This document shows, piece after piece, positions 24,575-32,689 of a stretch of DNA of 37,172 nucleotides. Every line of letters begins with the position of its first letter. The stretch's first letter is position 1. Below the pieces are notes generated by a model. It worked only from the letters and a program-made list of their open reading frames with translations. It was not told the origin of the DNA and did no database searches. This stretch comes from Hyphochytrium catenoides (taxonomy: Eukaryota; Protista; Hyphochytriomycota), in assembly GCA_900088475.1 (NCBI GenBank), contig FLMG01000119.1, forward strand, positions 1 through 37,172. Direction: 5' to 3'. A program made the position numbers and the translations under genes.

Positions 24575-25151
24575 CTTTTCTTTCTTTCTCTCTGTCTCTC
24601 TCACTGTCTCTCTCGCTCTCTCCTTCTCTCGCTCAGAAAAAGTCTCTCTCTCTCTCTCTCTTTCTACATAAACCTACAAAACCTCTCTTACTCTTCCACT
24701 CATTTCTCTCTCAATACTCTGTCTCTCTGCCGAGGTTTCTCTCCTTCTCCTCCTCTTCCTTCGCTATCTTCCGGTTCATATTCTCAGGCCCAAACCTTCT
24801 CTTTACTCCTATTTCTCTCCCTTTCTTTTTTCTCTATCTCCGTCTTTCTCTCTCTCTATCTCCGTCTTTTTCTCTCTCTCTCTCTCTCTCTTCACTGTCT
24901 AAAGAGTCATCCCTCCCTCCTGGCCTCCTCTTTCCCTCTCGCCTGCCCCTGTTCCCGGCTCTTTCTTTCCTCCCTCACCTCAGCCGTCAGCCTCGACTCT
25001 TCCAGCTCCTTGCATCGCTTCTGATACTCAGCGACCAGCTGCTGCTCGAACTTCTCATAGTAGTCATACAATTCCTTCTCCCGGTCCGCGAGAGCTGACT
25101 GCTCAAGCTGCAGGAGAGGGAAATGGGAAGTGAGAGAGAGAGTGCGTGTGT

Positions 25152-25208
<57 letters not shown>

Positions 25209-25894
25209 GGGAAGGGAGGAGGGGGAGAGAGAGAGAGTGTGTGTTTGAGAATTAAGAGAGAGAGAAGGGGGGGCAGCGAGCGAGCGAGCGAGCGAGAGAG
25301 AGAGAGAGAAGATGGAAGGGCAAGAGTGTCAGTAAAGTAGCTTCGCAGTAAGAGAGAAAGGTTGCAGCCAAGCTTGACAGCGAAGGAGAGACACCAGAAT
25401 GTCCGGTACCCCCTTCTCTCTTTCACGACAAAAGCCTCTCTCTCTCCTCTCTCTCTCCCTATTGGTTTTGCTTTGTGTCTCTCTCTGCCTCTCTCTCTCT
25501 GTCAGTCTGTCCCTGTGCCTCGCCCTTTTGGGTCTCCTTCACTGTTTCTCTCTTTCCGTTTTGTCTCTCCCCAGCGGGGTCTCTCCCTCTCCTAGACCTG
25601 NNNNNNNNNNNNNNNNNNNNNNNNNNNNNNNNNNNNNNNNNNNNNNCTCTCTCTCTCTCTCTCTCTTGTTCCGTCACCTTGAGCTTGAGAGGCGAGTAGT
25701 TCAGAATTTGCTGCACGCCTGGTCTCTTGTTCATGTCTTTCTCTAAGAGTTTCATCACTAAGAAATGGAGCTCGCTGCTGTAAAACCGTGACAAAGGCTG
25801 CGGAGACTCGGACACTATTTTCCTGAGAGGAAAAAGACAGGAGAGAGAATAAGAGACGAACCATGGCAGGAGTCAAAGAATGAGAATGAGAGAG

Positions 25895-25931
<37 letters not shown>

Positions 25932-26005
25932 TTGACAAGGAAAGGCAAGCATGGAAAAGGCAATACTCGCTGATCAAAGAGAGGGGACGATAAGAGAGAC
26001 AAGAC

Positions 26006-26055
<50 letters not shown>

Positions 26056-27271
26056 AGTTGCCAAGGAAAGGCAAGCATGGAAAAGGCAAAATCAGCTGAT
26101 CAAAGAGAGGGGACGATAAGAGAGACAAGACAAGAGAGAGAGAGAGAGAGAGAAAGACGAGAAGAAAGGAGCAGCTTTGACAAACGCACGGGTAAGCTGA
26201 CAGATAGCGAGAGAGCGAGAGAGGAGACACGCCAAAAGAGAGAGAGACGACGTGCAGGCAAGAAGAGAGACACGGAGAGAGAGAGAGAGAGAGAGACACC
26301 TTGCTAGAGCGAGCTGATTGGATGCCGTGAAGGGAGGAGAGAGAGTGGCGAGCTCGTAGGTGAGACAGCCCAAGGCCCAAATGTCAGATTTCTCATTGTA
26401 TCGCTGCTCTTCGCACAGCTCTGGAGAGAAATAGAGAGGAGTTCCCACAGTGCTGTAGGCAAACGTAGACTGAAGAGAGAGAGAGAGAGAGAGAGAGAAT
26501 GAGACAAAAGAGAGAGAGAATATGTCATTGAGAGAAAAAACTGCAAGAGAACAGAGGAAGAGAGGAGAGACGCATGCGAGAGACAGAGTGAATGCCCCAA
26601 CCTGTAAGGAATAACAGAAAGGCAATGACATCCCACGGGACACTCAAGAGAGAGAAGGAAGAGGAAAGAGAGGGCAGAGACTGCGAAAGAGGTTTCAGAG
26701 AGAGAAAGAACTTAGCTAGTGAAGCCATGTGGAAGAGCCACAGGATGTGAGAGGAGAGAGAGAAAGAAAGAGANNNNNNNNNNNNNNNNNNNNNNNNNNN
26801 NNNNNNNNNNNNNNNNNNNNNNNNNNNNNNNNNNNNNNNNNNNNNGAAAAGGAAGAGAAGGCATGGAGGAAGAAGAGACAAAGAGAAAGGGGTGTGTAAA
26901 AGAGAGAGAGAGAGACATAAGAGACCTGGGGCCCTAATGTTCTTCCCAGGCCGAAGTCTCCTATCTTGACGTTCCCTTCTCTGTCCAAAAAAATGTTCTG
27001 GGGCTTGATATCGCGGTGAAGGATGCGCTTCTCGTGGAGGTGAGAGAGACCCTGGAGCCGGGAGAGAGAAGGGAAAACGAGAGATAAGACCAAGAGAAGT
27101 TATGGAAGAGAGATAGAAGAGGAAAAGAGAGGAGGGAGGGGATAGAGCAAGAGAGAGAATAAGAGAGAAGAAAGAAGGTGTATAAGAGAAGAGCAAGAGA
27201 GAGAGACCCCGGTTCGAGAGAGAAATGGAGAAGACACACAAACGGGTGAACGGGCGACAGAGGGCTGAGAG

Positions 27272-27324
<53 letters not shown>

Positions 27325-27575
27325 CACACAAAAGAAAGTAGGGATACCTCGCAGATTTGTATGAGATATCTCCAGACCTCCGCCTCGGGCAAAGGACTTT
27401 GCGAGAGAGAGAGAAGAGAGGGAAGAGAGAGAAAGAGAGAGAGAGAGAAGATGCGTAAGAGAGAGAAAGGGTTAGGGGCGATGCAGAGACAGGGACATCA
27501 AGTCGATGATGAATTTTATAGAAGACGATGGAAACAGAGGGAGAGAAAAAAGAGGGAGGGAGAGAGAGAACAAGT

Positions 27576-27612
<37 letters not shown>

Positions 27613-27880
27613 TACCTGCCCAGCTGCTTCTGGCTCTTAATGACCTTCCCCAGATCCCCTCCGGGCGCATATTCCATGACGATGTAGAGATGCTGCCGCT
27701 CAATAAAAGACTCGTGATAACGGATAATCCGCTCGTGAGACACTTGACGCATCAGGTGGCACTGTGTTTCCAGGAGAAAGGGAGAGAGAGAGAGAGAGAG
27801 GGAGAGGAAGGAGAGAGAATGTAAAAAAAGAGAGACAGAGAGACATCGAGAGAAGATAAAGAGAAAGACAAAAAGAGAGA

Positions 27881-27942
<62 letters not shown>

Positions 27943-28399
27943 GAGAGAGAGAGAGAGAGGAGAAGAGAGAAAAGTGACACAGAGAGAGAATATAGAGCGA
28001 GACAGAGGGCGAGTGTGTGAAAGAGAGAGGGAAAGAGAGGGAGAGGGAGAGAGAAAGAGAATAAAGAGAGAAAGAGAGAGAGACAGGGAAAGAGAAAGAG
28101 GGAGGGAGAGAGAGAAAGAGGGGGAGGGGAAGAGCGAGACAGAGACAAAAGTGAGAGGCAGGGAGAGATAAAGCGAGCGAGAAAAGAGAGAGAGAGAATA
28201 AAAGAGAGATGAAAAGGAGGTGCTTCCTTACCTCATTGATCGTCTCCTCCTGTTCCTTAGGAGAGAGATTACTCAGCAAGATCTGCTTAAGCACCACAAT
28301 CTCTCTTCTCTCTCCCGCCTCTCCATCCTCCTGAGCCTTAAAGACCCGGCCGTAAGCTCCTCCCCCTAGAGTCTCAAGGACGCGATAGTTCCGGATCAT
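19974..28399 (-). CDS. NIMA-related (NEK) Ser/Thr kinase, ~1150 aa: N-terminal kinase domain, coiled coil, long low-complexity tail
   Basis: Kinase exons 28399-28232, 27761-27616, 27396-27348, 27051-26926, 26469-26300, 25822-25678 give [88 protein letters not shown] (NEK signature). Coiled-coil exons 25107-24979, 24460-24267, 24087-23997. Phase-consistent but less certain tail exons 23327-23264, 22744-22586, 22344-20792, 20453-19974 (TAA). Confidence 0.88.
23595..23935. repeat. Intronic tandem duplication, ~185-bp period, two diverged copies
   Basis: ggccacgagaaataagagagacacatattactttgg...gaggacgatagtgcgaaag...aaatactggggatagag...ggccga begins at 23595 and 23780. Confidence 0.85.
25936..26140. 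repeat. Intronic tandem duplication, ~126-bp period
   Basis: caaggaaaggcaagcatggaaaaggcaa...gctgatcaaagagaggggacgataagagagacaagacaa at 25936 and 26062, separated by (GA)n. Confidence 0.85.
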
Positions 28400-28726
28400 T
28401 TCTCTCTCTCTCTCTTCTCTTTTTCTCTCTCTCTGTCTGCCCTTTCGTTTCTCTCTTTCTAACCGTGGGTCCTTCTTAAGTTATCGCCATCCTCGTTGCA
28501 AGCGAGGGAGAGAGACAGACAGACAGACAGGACGAGAGAGAGAAAGAACGAGTTGCTTCGTCGGGGGAACCAAGAGAGAGAGAGAGAGACAGAGAGACAA
28601 GAAAAGAAAGAGGAAGGGAAAAGACACGCCTTGTAGCTCTTAAAACAATGGAATGCTCTCCTCATAGAAGAGCAGCGTCAGACGAAACAGGGGAGATACG
28701 AGCAAAGAGAGACATAGAGAAAGAGA

Positions 28727-28771
<45 letters not shown>

Positions 28772-28966
28772 GTGGAGAACCCAAGGAGGAAAAAGAGCTC
28801 CGACGCTGTGTGCTTGAGAAAGAAGAGAGAAGGAAACGATTGAGAGTTGCCAAGGAGAGGAACTGGCATAAGGGGCCGCCGCCCAGACACTCTTGCAACG
28901 AAAGGAAGTTTCTGCTTTTTCTCTTTCTCTCTCCTCCCTCCCTCTCCTCCCCCGGTCCCTCCGTCT

Positions 28967-28999
<33 letters not shown>

Positions 29000-29022
29000 N
29001 NNNNNNNNNNNNNNNNNNNNNN

Positions 29023-29068
<46 letters not shown>

Positions 29069-29466
29069 CCTCTCTCTATCTTCTCTCTCTTCTCTCTCTT
29101 CTCTCTCTTCTCTCTCTTCTCTCTTTGAAAACCACCGCAGTTGGCGGGAAAAGAGAATCTTTCAGCTGAAACAAAACTGAAGTAATGGAAAACATGTTTT
29201 TGCCATGAGCAAGTTACAGTAAGTCAGGAAACTATTCCTGATGAAACTTAACGAAACCTTCCTTGCTTCTCTTCATTTTTTATTGAGTAAAAAAAAAGAA
29301 AGGATTCTCTCTCGTTTCTCTTCCCTTCTCCTGCCGCGTCAGCTGCTGCCGCCTCTTGTCCGTGGAGAACTGAACGCGTCTCCTCAGACTTGACATCACC
29401 TTCCACAAAGATACGCAAGGCCAATCCTGGCCCCAACCGCCTACCTCTTCGTCGTCGCCTACTCCT

Positions 29467-29790
29467 CAGAATCAACGAAAGCGGAGAGTTCAGAAGAAGA
29501 ACGGCCGAGACGTAGGCCATAGTTGGAAGTCCCACGCAGGTATCGAAGAACCTGTATGGCAGCCGAGACATGCGCCATGCCATGATTGGCCTTGAAAGCG
29601 ACTCAGGAATCCCATCCCATCGAGGCAGCTAAATCGGGTCGAGAGACTAGCGTAAGATGCCTGCGGGAACCCAGAAATTCACGGTAGGGAAAGCCGCCCG
29701 TCGGTTCTGATGTGCCGTGAGGGAGAGGCAGAAGCTCGTGATTTGGGACAAGAGGAGTTGAGAACGGTAAAGGAGAAGATGGAGCGTCCC
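29467..29790 (-). mobile_element. Ty1/Copia pol fragment (RT C-terminus/RNase H start), inverted and degenerate
   Basis: Minus strand reads FSTPLVPNHELL..GFPYREFLGSRRHLTLVSRPDLAA, then (frameshifted) HVSAAIQVLRYLRGTSNYGLRLG..LSAFVDS, matching Copia PYR.LVGSL.YL...RPDIA and H..AAKRVLRYLKGT...GL..F.DSD. Confidence 0.85.
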
Positions 29791-29799
29791 GGGCATGGT

Positions 29800-30872
29800 A
29801 CACTGTGATGCATTCCTTTCTTCTTTCTCAGGCTTCATTTCCTTAACTTCCGATTCCTTGTGTTCACCCTAAACGCGTTGGTGATGATAATCTTCTTATT
29901 GCTCTTGATGTCGATGAGTTCCTCTTAGCTGGTTCTTCCATTCCTCTTATCCGATCTCTGCAGGAGCTGTTTCTATTCTTGCTTTGAGGTGACTGATCTT
30001 GGTGACGCTCATTATTTTCTTGGTATGCCTCCTACCTGCGATCGTCCTTCTCGATATTTTTATCTCTCTCAACTGCTCTACACCGAACATGTTTCTCTCG
30101 CTTTGGTGTGTCGCCTTCTTCTTCACCAGTCTCAACTCCTCTTGTCCCCAATCACAAGCTTCTGCCTCTACCTCATGGCACATCAGAACCTACGGGTGTC
30201 TTTCCCTACCGTGATCTGGATGCCCTCATGCATGTTATGGACGTCTCTCAACCCGATTTAGCTGCCTTGGTGGGAGTCCTGAGTCGCCTCCAAGGCCAAT
30301 CCTAGCATGGCGCATGTCTCCGCTGCCAAACGAGTTCTTCGAGATCTGCGCGGGACTTCCAACTATGGCCTACGTCTCGGCGGGTTCTTCTCTTTCTTAA
30401 GTCTCCGCTTTCGTTGATTCTGGTTGGGCTGGAGATAAGACAGATAGCCGCACTACCTATGGCCTTGTCTTTTTCCCTTGGGACTTCCCCTGTTCATTAG
30501 ACAAGCAAGAAGCTAGACAATGTCGCACTCTCCACATCAGAATCAGAGTTTTGCGGCTGCTCCAACAGCTCTAACGTTCTCATTCGCCTCCGCACTTAAC
30601 TCGCCGACCTTGGATTTCCTCCTTCTGGACCAACTACTCCTTACAATGACAATCAGCAAGCTGTTGCTATGAGCGAACCTGATTCTGTCATTCGCTCTGC
30701 CTCAGGCCACATACGGGTTAGCCACCGGCATCATCTGAAGGAATTGGTTAGCGCGGAGGTATAAACGCTCTTACCGCCCAACGAAGGACATGGTTGCAGA
30801 TATCTTCACTACTAAAAGCTTACCGGCACCATTAGTCCGCAGTCATCGTGATCGGATCATGGTTCCTATTGA
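29800..30872 (+). mobile_element. Ty1/Copia LTR-retrotransposon remnant, RT plus RNase H, pseudogenised
   Basis: Across stops and frameshifts: LLIALDVDEFLLAGS (decayed YVDD), TDLGDAHYFLGM, FPYRDL..SQPDLAALVGVLSR, HVSAAKRVLRDLRGTSNYGL, FVDSGWAGDKTDSRTTYG, SKKLDNVALSTSESEF, YNDNQQAVAM, GHIRVSH, MVADIFT(T)KSL. No LTRs recognised. Confidence 0.92.
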
Positions 30873-31829
30873 TGACAAGAAAGTTTTCTTCATCATCATC
30901 ATCGTTTTTCTTCTTGACTTCTATAGGGATAACATGGGTGAACCTCTCCACCTATCTTGCATGAAGGTTTCTTTTTCTCCTTTTCTTCCTTCCGCACTGG
31001 TACTGATCATAGGCAATCTGTTCTTCCATTTCCTGCTACTGCTATAAATCAGCGTCACCCCACTCAGATCTTCTTTCTCTGTTCGCAGCCTCTAGCCTTT
31101 TACAGCGAATGGAAGGAAGATGACTTTGCGGACGCAGTGCAGGAAGCTGGATTGCGCCGTTGGCAGCTGGCAGAGGAAGCAAGCACAAGAGGAAACAGGG
31201 GACTTTCCATTCTCAGTTCTCCTTCTTCCGGTGAAGAGGCTAAGTCTTGTCTCTGTAGCACCTTCAGATGGCCGAGCAAGCGGAAGGATGGGCACTGTTC
31301 TCGTTGGTATTCCCTTCTGACTATTTCTTTCTTGAGAGCAAGTCCATTTTCCTCTGTGATGATCGCTGATCCTTAGGAAAGGAGACAGTAGTGGAAGAGG
31401 AAGGTTGAGAGTTAACCAGTGGGAGCAAGCAGGAGAGAGAGGAGAGAGAAGAGAGTGAGAACAAGAGTGGATGACAGGCGCAGAGAAAGTGTGTGTGTGA
31501 AAGAGAGAGAAACAGAGGGAGAGAGAGAGAGATAAACAGAGAGAGCGAGCGAGCGAAGAGAGAGAGAGCGAGAGAGAGAGCGAGAGAGAGAGAGAGAGAG
31601 AAAGAGAGAGAAAAAAGAGAGAGCGAGCGAGAGAGAGAGGGAGGGAGAGAGAGAGAGAGCGAGAGAGGGAGAGACTGGGGCCAAAGCCTTGCAAAGATAG
31701 AAAACGAACGGTAGATGACAGAGAGAACACGAGATCACTAAAACTCCATGCTATGCAAGGGCACAGCTCGGAGACAGAGCGCGAAGAACGACACAGACCA
31801 GAACGGCCCAGCCGCAAGTCACATCAAGA

Positions 31830-32045
31830 TGCCAATCTGGCTTCTGATTGGAGGATGACCATTCGCTTTAAACGAATCGCGTCAGTTCTATTTCTTATTT
31901 CTAAACCTTTACCTTTCTTGCGTTATAATATCCGGCAATTCCTAACTGGAGGACCGTTCTATTTCTTAGTCAGAGGTCAAAACAGCTGTTCCGAGCCTTT
32001 GATTGGTCGAGAGAATACTAGAGACGTCATTGTTATCCAATCAGC
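31830..32045. promoter_or_regulatory. Microsatellite-free island with four CCAAT boxes and a CRE-like site (candidate promoter)
   Basis: CCAAT at 31832 and 32037, ATTGG at 31847 and 32002, GACGTCA at 32023; ~650 bp upstream of the S41 start codon. Function is inferred only. Confidence 0.3.
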
Positions 32046-32338
32046 GCACAGAGAAAGGGGCTTTGTCTCTTGTTGTTGCTTGTCTTTTCTGGAGAGAGAA
32101 ACAGAGACAGAGCGACGTGGAGAGAGCCAGAGAAGAGAGAAGCGAGAGAAAGAGGAATGTGGAGAGAGGGGTCCAAGGAGACAGAGAGGAAGAGAGACAG
32201 AGAGAGAAAGAACAAGAGAGAAAGAACAAGAGAGAGAGAGAGAGAAAAGAGAGAGAGAAAGAACAAGAGAGAGAGAGAGAGAGAACAGAGAGAGAGAGGG
32301 AGAGAGAGAGAGAGAGAGAGAGANNNNNNNNNNNNNNN

Positions 32339-32388
<50 letters not shown>

Positions 32389-32580
32389 ATGAGAAAGGAG
32401 AGGATGGCTCAACAGGAATGAAGAGAGATCGTAGTTGGAGGTTCAGAAGAGGGAAGACTATAAGAAGACGTAGGGGACAGAGAGAGAGAGAGAGACTTGA
32501 GATTCCAATCTGAAGCTTGAAGGTCCACATCAGTTTCCACGAACTAGGCCAGAGTTGCCAGATTGCAATGTCTTTCAGAG

Positions 32581-32622
<42 letters not shown>

Positions 32623-32689
32623 CCTTAACCTCTCCTGCTCCAGGTTATAGCTGCACCTTTATAGCAGAGATTCCTTCTCTTCGCACAGG

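Noticed and set aside
23595-26140. Direct repeats considered as LTRs or a CRISPR-like array
   Set aside because: Only two adjacent copies each, with no TG..CA ends, no internal element and no unique spacers; they are simple intronic duplications in a eukaryotic gene.
29330-29465. CRLLSVEN*TRLLRLDITFHKD resembling the Copia post-integrase segment (YRL.....SRDV.F.E)
   Set aside because: Plausible given the context, but too short and degenerate to call without an alignment.
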